A stretch of 55,375 bases of DNA from an uncultured Candidatus Saccharibacteria bacterium (GCA_937903325.1 CALCZR010000051.1:1-55375), one strand, 5' to 3'. Counted from the stretch's first letter, positions 1 through 8,997 are shown. Program-made: numbers and translations. Notes: generated by a model not told the origin, from the letters alone.

Positions 1-50
1 GAGAGGATTAACGTCCCAGACAGTATTTACAGAATCACTAAATCCAAGGG

Positions 51-79
51 TTGACTAGTCGGGAGGAAAATGCTACCAT
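51..79 (+). promoter_or_regulatory. sigma70-type promoter, TTGACT-17 nt-TGcTACCAT
   Basis: TTGACT at 51-56, a 17-nt spacer, and a TG-extended -10 TACCAT at 74-79. AGGAGG (86-91) and the ATG at 97 follow. Confidence 0.5.
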
Positions 80-96
80 TGTTTCAGGAGGAAGAA

Positions 97-327
97 ATGA
101 CAAACCAGGAACTCACAGACAAGATCACAAAAACAATCATTCAGTATATGGAAAAGAATTCAATAGGAATAACCGAGCTCGAAAGAAGGTCAGGTGTTAT
201 CAGGCAAACCATCGTCCAGTATATCAATGGAGACATCGTTAAAATAGTCCCTAAGTCTGTAGTCAAGTTGCTAGATTTCTTCGAGCTAGAACTCGTTATA
301 AAACGCAAAGATCGGATCGTGGGCTAA
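97..327 (+). CDS. XRE-family helix-turn-helix transcriptional regulator
   Basis: The ORF track gives 70..327. The ATG at 97 has an AGGAGG 5 nt upstream and lies downstream of the promoter. The HTH-like segment is NSIGITELERRSGVIRQTIVQYINGD. Confidence 0.7.
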   Translation: MTNQELTDKITKTIIQYMEKNSIGITELERRSGVIRQTIVQYINGDIVKIVPKSVVKLLDFFELELVIKRKDRIVG

Positions 328-671
328 TGGAATACGGTACGAAAGTGTTTATCGGTAAAATCCTTAATAAGCCCCTTCGTGTCACAGCAAAGATTGCCAA
401 TGTAGACTTTGTAAGGCATATCGGTAGCTTTGTAAACACAGAGTTGTTCAGAGTAAATAGCTCAATTCTTTTCTCAACTACAGGTAAGGGTGGTACGATC
501 TGGGTATCAGATGGGGAACTAACAGATCAAGATGTGGAGCTTGTAGAGGAGTATATCCTTGGAAATGTTGAGAAGGACTACCTCGAGGAAGTGGGCATTG
601 ATAGTTTAGATGCAGCAGATGTAGAGTTCTTGCTAGCAGCAGCTGTAAGTAGATTCAACAGGGGGCATTAA
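327..671 (+). CDS. hypothetical protein (114 aa)
   Basis: Open frame whose start overlaps the previous stop (TAATG). No recognisable motif. Confidence 0.6.
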   Translation: MEYGTKVFIGKILNKPLRVTAKIANVDFVRHIGSFVNTELFRVNSSILFSTTGKGGTIWVSDGELTDQDVELVEEYILGNVEKDYLEEVGIDSLDAADVEFLLAAAVSRFNRGH

Positions 672-937
672 TGGAAGCATTTGTATTTGTGGGCTCAGTT
701 AGTAATAGTAAGATTAGATTCGCTAAACTGTCACATTTTAATCGATCAGACTTTAAGCAGGAACGGTTTGCGAAAAAGACATCGCTTCCTAAACAACTAA
801 ACGGCTTTAGACTTATAAATACTCAGCTTTTACGCATATTTAATCAACTGTTTGAGAGTACGTTGATAAAAACAGATGTAGAGATTGAGAATGTACTCTT
901 TGTAGTGCCAGTTAAACCACAGGTATCACTATTATGA
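671..937 (+). CDS. hypothetical protein (88 aa)
   Basis: Open frame with stop/start overlap on both sides. Confidence 0.55.
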   Translation: MEAFVFVGSVSNSKIRFAKLSHFNRSDFKQERFAKKTSLPKQLNGFRLINTQLLRIFNQLFESTLIKTDVEIENVLFVVPVKPQVSLL

Positions 938-1797
938 GTATGTTTAGACCTATGTTGGCAACACAAATACAAGATGCGCACAAGTTAGTTTATCCACTAT
1001 TTGCATCCCACAAGCTTGATGGCATTAGGGCGACTGTGCGTAAAGGGGTAGTATATAGCAGATCAAACAAGCCGATTCCTAACTTGCATGTACAAGCATT
1101 ATTCTCAGATTACGAACACCTAGACGGAGAGCTTATTTTGGGCGATCCATACGATGAGGATGTATTTAGCCGTACGACATCTGCTGTGATGCGACAGGAT
1201 GGCACCCCTGATGTAACATTTTATGTATTCGATCATATAAAGTATCCAGAGATATCGTATATAGATAGGCTATCTTTGATCTATAGTGCACCAAATGTAA
1301 TATCTTTACCGCAGACATATGTAACATCATATGGCGACGTATTAGATTTTGAAGGCAGAGCACTAGAGAGGGGCTATGAGGGTGTAATCCTAAGATCACC
1401 ATTTGCACCGTATAAATTCGGCAGGTCAACCTTAAGGTCACAACACCTACTTAAACTTAAGAGATTTACTGACGCCGAAGCAGAGATTGTTGGAGCAACT
1501 GAAAAGTTCCAAAACAACAATGAGCCGTACATTGACGATACAGGATACGTCAAAAGGAGCGAGATGAAGGATGGACTTGTAGGAACGGGAGTGCTTGGAT
1601 CATTTACCTGTGTAACAAAACATGGACTCGAGTTCAAGGTTGGTACTGGGTACACAGATGATGAGCGCAGCTATTATTGGGAGTACAAAGACGAATATAT
1701 TGGTAAAATACTTAAGTACAAGTATTTTGACGTTGGAGACTACGAAGTTCCAAGACACCCAGTATTCTTAGGCATTAGAGATGAGGCAGACCTTTAG
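934..1797 (+). CDS. ATP-dependent DNA ligase (small T7-like type)
   Basis: Adenylation motif I KxDG is present (SHKLDGIRAT). Motif III-like FYVFD, motif IV EGVILRS and motif V LLKLKR follow. The 287-aa length is typical of phage ligases. Confidence 0.85.
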   Translation: MSMFRPMLATQIQDAHKLVYPLFASHKLDGIRATVRKGVVYSRSNKPIPNLHVQALFSDYEHLDGELILGDPYDEDVFSRTTSAVMRQDGTPDVTFYVFDHIKYPEISYIDRLSLIYSAPNVISLPQTYVTSYGDVLDFEGRALERGYEGVILRSPFAPYKFGRSTLRSQHLLKLKRFTDAEAEIVGATEKFQNNNEPYIDDTGYVKRSEMKDGLVGTGVLGSFTCVTKHGLEFKVGTGYTDDERSYYWEYKDEYIGKILKYKYFDVGDYEVPRHPVFLGIRDEADL

Positions 1798-1814
1798 GAA
1801 TGGAGTCTGACTGA

Positions 1815-1843
1815 TTGCAATTACCAGTATTTAATGGTATACT
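1815..1843 (+). promoter_or_regulatory. candidate sigma70-type promoter overlapping a 9-bp stem-loop
   Basis: TTGCAA (1815-1820), a 17-nt spacer and TATACT (1838-1843). The same DNA forms the hairpin TACCAGTAT/ATACTGGTA (1822-1847). AAGGAG and the ATG lie downstream. Confidence 0.4.
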
Positions 1844-1866
1844 GGTAGTCCACCTTTTGAAAGGAG

Positions 1867-4800
1867 ATGGAAATGTCGTACGTATCAAATAAATTCATCC
1901 GGAACATCTTGCAAGAGCCGCCCAAGTGGGGTCCAATTGGTCAAATTGTATACCTACGTACATACAGTAGGTGGTTGCAGGACCAGGGTCGACGAGAGCA
2001 TTGGGGTGAGACAGTACGTAGGGTTGCGGATTATTCGGTTACATTAGATCCAACAATGACAGAACAGGAACGTGTCATTGAGGCAGAGAAGCTTTTTGAA
2101 ACTATATACCAAATGAGGGCATTCCCAGCTGGACGCACACTATGGGTTGGCGGTACTGAGCATAGTAAGACTCATGGTCAGAGTCAATTCAATTGCAGCT
2201 TTGCGAATATTAATTCATTAGATGATTTACATGACATAGTAATATTATTAATGAATGGAGTTGGCGTTGGAGTTGGCGTACGTACGGAAGAAGTTGACAG
2301 ATTCGCGTCTCAGGGCACCTTAAATCTAAATAAACAAGTTGTAGTTAAAGATTATGAATATATAGGTACTCCAGGTACGGGCGGTACGTATGATAAGTCT
2401 GACGGATCTGCATACTATACAATCCATGATAGCCGTGAAGGATGGGCAGAGTTTGTGCGAGACTTTCTTGGCGAATTATTATTTTCCCAAGATGTGCATA
2501 CGATCTACGTGAATCTAGACCACATTAGGCCTGAAGGTACTCCGCTTAAAACATTTGGTGGCAGAGCATCTGGGCCAAAAGCAGTAATAGACTTTATTGA
2601 TGGCATCCTGCAGATAACGCATGGCATGACTAAGATTAATGACATTTTCCTCCTTGATACAGCAAACATGCTAGGCAGGATGGTCGTAGCAGGTGGCACG
2701 CGAAGATGCTACCCCTCAGGTACAATAGTAAAAACTACAGATGGACCAATTGAGATCCAAAATGTAAAAGTTGGAATGAAAATAAGTACCCCAAAAGGAG
2801 AAAAGAGCGTAACAAATGTGTTCGACCAGGGCGTACAAAAAACGATAGCTGTGAATCACACATTTGGTAGCTTCCACTGCACCCCAAACCATCGAGTTGC
2901 AGTCTTTACAAGTATAAATGAGTGGGAATTCAAGGAAGCACAATACTTAACCCCGGAAGACAGGTTAGTCTGGGATTTTGAACCAATCCCGGGTACGCCA
3001 CAGAGGCTACCAACGCTTGAGGTTGTGCGTACATATGAGGCCTCATATGTAAGGAATGCAGGAAGGGCCGTAAAGTCTGTTAGATATCCAGATGTCACAT
3101 GTAGCGTAGATGGGTGTAGCCGTGGCTCAGCTACATTAAATGGTCCACACGGGGCACTATGTAATGCGCACTACCTGAGACTAAAGAAGTATGGGGATGC
3201 TCTTAAATTTAGAGGATGGGGTAGGGACGTCAATTTGCCAGAGTATATAGATACCGACCTAGCATGGCTTGTAGGGTACATACATGGTAATGGTCACGTT
3301 ATGAAAATAAGTGATTCAAAAGGCAGACTATCGATATCTTGTCCAACAGACCGACCCGAAATTATTGAGAAAGCGGCAGCTATGCTTACCACCCTGTGTC
3401 CAGACAGCAAAACTACAGTAAGGCAAGGAGATGGCAACTGGGTTAACATTATGGTATCCAATGCGAGACTTGTTTCCTGGCTATACGAATACGTGAAACG
3501 CCCATCCGAAGATATTACCATTCCAAGCTTTATAGCTATGGCAGAACCAGAAATTAGAGCAGCATACCTAGCTGGAGTATTCGACTCTGACGGTAGCATC
3601 CATAAGCACAATTTTAACGCAGTAGACACAATACATGAAGGTTTCGCAAATAGCATAGCGAAACTATACATGACACTTGGCATAGGAGCATCGGTAAAAC
3701 GTCGCGAGCGCAAAGAAGAAGGATGGAGCGACATATCTAGAGTTAGTATTATTGGCTCTGAATTTAAAGAGGCAGCACATGTCGCATTAAGACCATACGC
3801 ATCCACGAAGTTACAAGACAGCGTGCTCAACTGTAGAGGTAGTAATACTTTAACATTTAAACCTAAACAAAGCATGTCTGCAGGTGTTCCATCCGGAAGA
3901 GCTAGTGCCAATAGTGGAAACATGAGTCCAGCAGCGGTCCTTGAATATACAGACGTTAGCTTAATAGCCTACCCAGTGCCCGTCATATCAACTACGGAAG
4001 GTGTAACAGCTCAGACGTGGGATATCGAGGTTGAAGACATCCATCAATTTACAGCAGAAGGATTTGTTACACATAATAGCGCTCTTATAGCACTTGGAGA
4101 TTCAAAGTCAGTAGATTTTGAGAATGCCAAGATAGGTGATTGGTCGGAGCATTACCCATGGAGAGAGCAGGCAAACAACTCTAAAGTGTATTATTCAAAA
4201 CCAAGTAAGGAATCTATTAGAGAGGGATTTAAAAAGATTCTACAGTACGGAGAACCTGGCTTTATCAACGGCAACATGGCAAAATCTATCCGCAGAGATT
4301 GGGCTGGGTTAAACCCGTGCTTCACGGGAGATATGAGACTACTTACGGAAGATGGATGGGTGACGTTTAAAGATGCTTACGAACATGGTAGGCCGTTAAA
4401 GATCCTCCAGGATAGCCGAGTTACATATGAGGGAGAGGGAGAAGAAAAAGATGAACACTGGAAGATTGACCCAGAAAACACAGATTTACCAGTCATTACC
4501 CAAGCCTCACATGTGTTCTTAACCAGAAAGAACGCGGATATTGTGAAGTTAGAGTTTGTAGATGGAACTGTGTTAAGATGCACCCCCGACCATCTAATCG
4601 CAACAACCATTGGAATGGTTGAAGCAAGGAATCTAACTAAATACCATGATGTGTTGGCGCACAGAGTTGCTAGATGCGACCGGATTGCAAACTCAGAGCC
4701 AGAGACTGTTGAGCAACATAAGGCATTTGCTTTAGGAGCGATAGCTGCGTCAGGGTCCACCATGCTTAAATGGATCAAGCTGTGGGGCATGCAAAGCAGA

Positions 4801-6318
4801 GTGCAGGCTTCCATAAAGGCTGCGTACGGAGAAGAGCTAAAAGAAGATACGCATCGCAACATAAGTAAAGATGAGGTTAAGCGTCTAACCGGGTATAAGC
4901 CTATCGACTTACTTGACTCTGCTATCCCAGAGTGGATCTCAAGTAATGCTGACGACAAGGTGGGATCATGGTTTATCCGTGGCTTCCTGTCGATGGGGCT
5001 AAAGGAGCCCCGATATCCCAGTAAAGACGAAAGCTATTTTATGGAAATAGAAGAACCATCTATAGCATTTTTAGATAGCTTAAAAGATATGTTGTGGAGC
5101 AGAGGCATAAGCTCTGAATTTATTAAAACTAGAGACTGTCTATTCTATACGCCCACAAGTCTAGATGACCCAGGATACTACGGCACTGTATACACTATTA
5201 AGATTAATAGCGATATAGATATATATATGGACGCCATTGGCCTTACATTTAGCCTTCCGGACTATAAGTCGTCAACCGAAAAACCACGGCTTAAAAGATT
5301 GAAGTCCATTACGCCAGATGGCGTAGAGGATGTTTACTGCATCAAAGAAAATACACGGAGAACCTTGATTGTAGAAGGTATAGTAGCAAGAAGATGTGCG
5401 GAGATTTTGTTGTCTGACAAAGGATTTTGCAACCTTGTGACGACAAACTTAAAATACTTTGCAGAGCATGATAACGATGAACAAATGCTTAAAGATACGG
5501 TCGAAATTATAACCAGGCATAATTTACGCATTACAAATACAACTATCCATGGAGTGTCTCCCGAATGGGATATTGTGCAAAAGCGAGACCGCTTGTTGGG
5601 CGCATCATTTACAGGATATGGGGATCATGCAGATATCCTGGGCGAAGATGTAAGCCTTGCAACGCTTGGAAAAATGCGTAAATGGGTGAGGGAGGAGGCT
5701 AATAACTATGCAGATAAAATGGGGATCCCACACCCACTGCTTGCGACAACAGTTAAGCCAGAGGGTACTATCACACTCCTTTATGGGGCATCCAGTGGCA
5801 TACATGACGCATTCTCACCCTACTATATTCGTAGGGTGAGAATGAGCCGCACAGATGCACTTGCAGTCGTATTGGCAAAGATGGGAGTCCCAGTAGAGGA
5901 CGCAATCAACGCCCCTCAAACTGTGGTCTTCTCCTTCCCGGTAAAAACTGCAGCTAAACAAGCGGCAAGCAAAAAGTCTGCCGTTGAACAATTGGAGCGG
6001 TACAAGAATATCATGCAGACCTATGTTGACCATAACGCATCTAACACAATCTATATAGATGAGAGTGAGGTTGACGAAGTAGCCGATTGGCTACATGACA
6101 ACTGGGATTCATACGTGGCCGTGTCTTTCCTAGCTAAGTTTGGGCAATATGCACAAGCCCCAATGGAGGAAATTGACGAGGAAACATACAATAAACTTGC
6201 GGCCCAAATGCCAGACCTATCAGACTTACATGCCAGACTTGCGGAGGTGGAATACGAGATGTCAGCTGGAGATGAACTAGAAGGGTGTGATGTCGGTGGA
6301 TCTTGTCCTATACGATAA
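1867..6318 (+). CDS. nrdJ: class II (adenosylcobalamin-dependent) ribonucleotide reductase interrupted by two inteins
   Basis: The N-terminus VYLRTYSRW..REHWGETVRRV is NrdJ-like. Removing the inserts restores AGGTRR-SALIALGD and LNP-CAEILLSDKGFCNL. The C-terminal Cys pair is CDVGGSC. The extein is about 667 aa. The alternative ATG at 1873 has better SD spacing. Confidence 0.9.
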   Translation: MEMSYVSNKFIRNILQEPPKWGPIGQIVYLRTYSRWLQDQGRREHWGETVRRVADYSVTLDPTMTEQERVIEAEKLFETIYQMRAFPAGRTLWVGGTEHSKTHGQSQFNCSFANINSLDDLHDIVILLMNGVGVGVGVRTEEVDRFASQGTLNLNKQVVVKDYEYIGTPGTGGTYDKSDGSAYYTIHDSREGWAEFVRDFLGELLFSQDVHTIYVNLDHIRPEGTPLKTFGGRASGPKAVIDFIDGILQITHGMTKINDIFLLDTANMLGRMVVAGGTRRCYPSGTIVKTTDGPIEIQNVKVGMKISTPKGEKSVTNVFDQGVQKTIAVNHTFGSFHCTPNHRVAVFTSINEWEFKEAQYLTPEDRLVWDFEPIPGTPQRLPTLEVVRTYEASYVRNAGRAVKSVRYPDVTCSVDGCSRGSATLNGPHGALCNAHYLRLKKYGDALKFRGWGRDVNLPEYIDTDLAWLVGYIHGNGHVMKISDSKGRLSISCPTDRPEIIEKAAAMLTTLCPDSKTTVRQGDGNWVNIMVSNARLVSWLYEYVKRPSEDITIPSFIAMAEPEIRAAYLAGVFDSDGSIHKHNFNAVDTIHEGFANSIAKLYMTLGIGASVKRRERKEEGWSDISRVSIIGSEFKEAAHVALRPYASTKLQDSVLNCRGSNTLTFKPKQSMSAGVPSGRASANSGNMSPAAVLEYTDVSLIAYPVPVISTTEGVTAQTWDIEVEDIHQFTAEGFVTHNSALIALGDSKSVDFENAKIGDWSEHYPWREQANNSKVYYSKPSKESIREGFKKILQYGEPGFINGNMAKSIRRDWAGLNPCFTGDMRLLTEDGWVTFKDAYEHGRPLKILQDSRVTYEGEGEEKDEHWKIDPENTDLPVITQASHVFLTRKNADIVKLEFVDGTVLRCTPDHLIATTIGMVEARNLTKYHDVLAHRVARCDRIANSEPETVEQHKAFALGAIAASGSTMLKWIKLWGMQSRVQASIKAAYGEELKEDTHRNISKDEVKRLTGYKPIDLLDSAIPEWISSNADDKVGSWFIRGFLSMGLKEPRYPSKDESYFMEIEEPSIAFLDSLKDMLWSRGISSEFIKTRDCLFYTPTSLDDPGYYGTVYTIKINSDIDIYMDAIGLTFSLPDYKSSTEKPRLKRLKSITPDGVEDVYCIKENTRRTLIVEGIVARRCAEILLSDKGFCNLVTTNLKYFAEHDNDEQMLKDTVEIITRHNLRITNTTIHGVSPEWDIVQKRDRLLGASFTGYGDHADILGEDVSLATLGKMRKWVREEANNYADKMGIPHPLLATTVKPEGTITLLYGASSGIHDAFSPYYIRRVRMSRTDALAVVLAKMGVPVEDAINAPQTVVFSFPVKTAAKQAASKKSAVEQLERYKNIMQTYVDHNASNTIYIDESEVDEVADWLHDNWDSYVAVSFLAKFGQYAQAPMEEIDEETYNKLAAQMPDLSDLHARLAEVEYEMSAGDELEGCDVGGSCPIR
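2707..4077 (+). mobile_element. intein 1 (457 aa) with LAGLIDADG homing-endonuclease domain and a Cys/His zinc-ribbon-like insert
   Basis: It starts with Cys (CYPSGTIVKTTDG) and has block B CTPNH. The LAGLIDADG motifs are LAWLVGYIHGNGH and AAYLAGVFDSDGS. It ends with canonical FVTHN followed by +1 Ser. Confidence 0.85.
4318..5394 (+). mobile_element. intein 2 (359 aa), degenerate endonuclease domain, non-canonical Arg-Arg C-terminus
   Basis: Block A is CFTGDMRLLTEDGW and block B is LRCTPDH. The block F/G-like stretch VEDVYCIKENTRRTLIVEGIVARR is followed by +1 Cys. The insert lies inside the NPC(G/A)EI active-site motif. Confidence 0.75.
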
Positions 6319-6370
6319 TTAAACGCAGTTGAGACTTAAAAATCTGTAGACACAATTAGTAGTAAATGAT

Positions 6371-6403
6371 AAGATAAGAGGAGTAGAGGCCTCTTATCTT
6401 TTG
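6371..6403 (+). terminator. rho-independent terminator after nrdJ
   Basis: Stem AAGATAAGAGG / CCTCTTATCTT with an 8-nt loop, followed by TTG. Confidence 0.6.
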
Positions 6404-6421
6404 CTTCTACAGGAGGGTAAA

Positions 6422-6514
6422 ATGTATATAACACCAGGCGAAACACTCCTACTTATACTTATGATCCTAGTAGCACTAGGACTGTTCCAAGGAGAAGAAA
6501 AAGATGATGACTGA
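6422..6514 (+). CDS. small membrane peptide (30 aa), not in ORF track
   Basis: AGGAGG lies 4 nt upstream of the ATG. The product MYITPGETLLLILMILVALGLFQGEEKDDD has a hydrophobic core and an acidic tail. Confidence 0.4.
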   Translation: MYITPGETLLLILMILVALGLFQGEEKDDD

Positions 6515-6773
6515 TAGTAATAGGATCACAGAGAAGAAAGTAAGGAAAGTTCTGTCATCAGAAATGTCGCCCGGTAGGATTGCATTTTACTTTACCGAGC
6601 TTGATACTGTTAGAGTGGATGGCGTAGACCTTACGACTATTATAGCGTATATCGAATACATAGAAAATAGTATTAGAGGCACTAAAGAAGGTAGAGAGGC
6701 GTTGGAATTGGAGTTATTTGGTGTAATCGATCCCACACTATGCTTTATCGAGTTTGAGTGGGCGAGGGAATGA
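6504..6773 (+). CDS. hypothetical protein (89 aa)
   Basis: Open frame with AAGGAG 9 nt upstream. Confidence 0.6.
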   Translation: MMTDSNRITEKKVRKVLSSEMSPGRIAFYFTELDTVRVDGVDLTTIIAYIEYIENSIRGTKEGREALELELFGVIDPTLCFIEFEWARE

Positions 6774-6901
6774 AGGAATTTATGGACGCAATAGACACGT
6801 TAACTCTACTAAGAGACATTACGATCTTGTTTGGATCAGCAACAGTAGTGCTTGTGATTCTATACGTAATAGCAATATTCCAAAGAGAGGACGACAAATG
6901 A
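6770..6901 (+). CDS. small single-pass membrane protein (43 aa), not in ORF track
   Basis: ATGA overlaps occur at both ends (6770-6773 and 6898-6901). The product is MKEFMDAIDTLTLLRDITILFGSATVVLVILYVIAIFQREDDK. Confidence 0.5.
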   Translation: MKEFMDAIDTLTLLRDITILFGSATVVLVILYVIAIFQREDDK

Positions 6902-7533
6902 TACTCACAGACTGGATGATTAATAGTATTGGACATAGGCTAGTTAAAGAGTTTGATTCGTCACTAGTTAATCCAGCATCTCTTGACTGCAGACTTGCTG
7001 ACGACATTAAGCTACAAGTGTTCCACGGCATTGAGCTACCAGATCTTCCGGCCAGACTGTTTCCAGACGGCACGATGGAATTGTCTGTACTTGGCGATGT
7101 ATTCCGTACCAGATCTTACTTCCACAAGGGTGACGCATTTCTAGCATCAACCGTGGAGTCATTTACGCTCCCTCGCTGGTTATCATTCCAATGGATCGAC
7201 AAGTCAAGCACGGGTAGAGAGGGTTTGGCACACAGACATGCAGGATGGGCAGAAGCAGATTGGCATGGCAATTTAACACTTGAGTACGATGTAGCACGAT
7301 CAGGATCTCTCGTTCCGTTCCAGCCTATTGGTCAAGTGGTATTTCAAACCACATTCGTAGCTAGTCCGTATAGCAAGAGGAAGAACAGTAGATACCACAA
7401 GCAAGTAGGAACAGTAAGTAATAAGAATAAGAAGCAGCTCGCCTTTACAGCGTCAGCACCTGGGACTTACGGACATCAAATGGCAATGCTACGTAATATA
7501 CTGATCGCTATGTCGAAAGAATCTAATGGATGA
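6898..7533 (+). CDS. dCTP deaminase / dUTPase-superfamily protein
   Basis: The N-terminus is MILTDWMI....VNPASLDCRLAD. The core is SSTGREGLAHRHAGWAEADWHGNLTLEY...IGQVVFQ. This matches the dCTP-deaminase pattern (G.SS.AR.G...AG.ID.GF.G..TLE...I.Q..F). The track ORF 6754.. carries a spurious N-terminal extension. Confidence 0.6.
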   Translation: MILTDWMINSIGHRLVKEFDSSLVNPASLDCRLADDIKLQVFHGIELPDLPARLFPDGTMELSVLGDVFRTRSYFHKGDAFLASTVESFTLPRWLSFQWIDKSSTGREGLAHRHAGWAEADWHGNLTLEYDVARSGSLVPFQPIGQVVFQTTFVASPYSKRKNSRYHKQVGTVSNKNKKQLAFTASAPGTYGHQMAMLRNILIAMSKESNG

Positions 7534-7747
7534 GTATGTATTGAGTTACGACACAGTTAAAGGAAGAAAGCATATTGGCACCTATAACTCCTTTGAAGAA
7601 GCAGAACAGGTATGCAACAGAATGTTAGGCACTCAGAGTCTAGAAATTGGCGAACCAGATAATAGCCAGCCAGTATTTATATTTAAAGGTGTAACGGAAT
7701 CTCTTGGAACTTACATCATGGTCATGAAGAAGAGTAGTAATGGATGA
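7526..7747 (+). CDS. hypothetical protein (73 aa), paralog of the next gene
   Basis: Open frame. It shares its length, MDE start, and the GTYNSFEEAEQV / GLYRSLDDAKDA segment with 7740..7961. Confidence 0.55.
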   Translation: MDEYVLSYDTVKGRKHIGTYNSFEEAEQVCNRMLGTQSLEIGEPDNSQPVFIFKGVTESLGTYIMVMKKSSNG

Positions 7748-7961
7748 GATATTTGTAGTCTATTTTACTACAGACACAGATGTTGAAATCTTTGGGCTTT
7801 ACAGGTCACTAGACGACGCAAAAGATGCAGCCTTTGAGTATTTTGGATGGGATAGAGGAGACTTTAAGTTTAGGTATATAGCAGACGATGGAGAGACAGA
7901 ACTGTACGCATACAAAGATGATAGCTACACGCTCCTTATAGAAAGGATGGAAGTTAAATAA
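7740..7961 (+). CDS. hypothetical protein (73 aa), paralog of the previous gene
   Basis: Open frame. The junction sequence aatggATGAg is duplicated. Confidence 0.55.
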   Translation: MDEIFVVYFTTDTDVEIFGLYRSLDDAKDAAFEYFGWDRGDFKFRYIADDGETELYAYKDDSYTLLIERMEVK

Positions 7962-8647
7962 TGTTACAACTAGACCCACTAAATGACGGAATTTCATCTG
8001 TGCAGTTGGTAGAGCATCTCGGAGGGGATCGTAGTATAACCCAGGCTGCACGAGTGTCATTTGCCAATGATCTAACTGTGTACACAGACGAAAGAGACTA
8101 TAAGCTTATTAGGTTCCTACTAAAAGAAGGGCACGGTACGCCATTTGAATCAAACCTGCTTAAGTTCAGAATTAAATGCCCTATCTTTGTAGATCGCCAT
8201 TTCGTCAAATATCGTGCAGGCGTATCCAAATCAGAGCAGTCTTTGAGATACACAGAGGTACAAGATGAGTTTTATATCCCAAATGAATTCCGTTCTCAGT
8301 CTAAATCAAACAGACAGGCATCGATCGAGGGTGGCTTAACGGAGGGTCAGCAAACTTCTGCCAGGAAAAGAGTTACCGAAGCTAACTTCAATGCACTCGC
8401 GGTGTACAAAGACTTGCTTAGGATTGGCGTAGCAAGAGAACAGGCACGAGCAGTACTACCTCTGAGCACTTACGTAGCCAGTTATTACACCATGAACCTG
8501 CGTGCACTCCTGCATATTATTGCACAGAGAGATCATGCAGACGCCCAGTGGGAGACTAGACAGTTCGCAATCGCTATGAGACAGCTTGCGGAACCACTTT
8601 TCCCAATGACATTTAGAGCGCTCGAAGAACTGAGGCTACACAAATGA
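7961..8647 (+). CDS. thyX: flavin-dependent thymidylate synthase
   Basis: ThyX signature RH(R/F)xxxRxxxSxSExSxRY is present as VDRHFVKYRAGVSKSEQSLRY. The 228-aa length fits. Confidence 0.85.
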   Translation: MLQLDPLNDGISSVQLVEHLGGDRSITQAARVSFANDLTVYTDERDYKLIRFLLKEGHGTPFESNLLKFRIKCPIFVDRHFVKYRAGVSKSEQSLRYTEVQDEFYIPNEFRSQSKSNRQASIEGGLTEGQQTSARKRVTEANFNALAVYKDLLRIGVAREQARAVLPLSTYVASYYTMNLRALLHIIAQRDHADAQWETRQFAIAMRQLAEPLFPMTFRALEELRLHK

Positions 8648-8997
8648 TAGACGAGATCAATAAAAGAGTTGCTGCAAATTATTACTTAATCTATGGCAAT
8701 AGGCACTACGTTGATGTTGTCGGACTTATCGATGTTCAAGAAAATAAGGGGTTAAACAAATATGGGACCACGATAATGGAATACAATGGCAATACAAAAG
8801 ACCATATCCAGCACGCACTCGAAGAAGCAGTCGACCTGGCCGTGTACCTGGAGAAGCTACTATTCCTGCTTGAATCCGATCCCAACTATTCAGACCAATC
8901 TGAAATTAGAATCCTTAGCGGACTACTTAAGTCAGATAAGAAAGATATCTATGGCTTGCTGAATGCCCTTTTAACGGCACTAAATACAGTAAGTTGA
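8644..8997 (+). CDS. hypothetical protein, possibly an all-alpha MazG-like NTP pyrophosphohydrolase
   Basis: ATGA-coupled start. The segment KGLNKYG....HIQHALEEAVDLAVYLEKL weakly resembles MazG-like phage proteins. Confidence 0.5.
   Translation: MIDEINKRVAANYYLIYGNRHYVDVVGLIDVQENKGLNKYGTTIMEYNGNTKDHIQHALEEAVDLAVYLEKLLFLLESDPNYSDQSEIRILSGLLKSDKKDIYGLLNALLTALNTVS

Noticed and set aside
6754-6897. N-terminal 48-aa extension of the dCTP-deaminase-like ORF.
   Set aside because: The conserved family N-terminus (MILTD...) starts at ATG 6898. The interval is exactly filled by an ATGA-coupled 43-aa membrane ORF in another frame.
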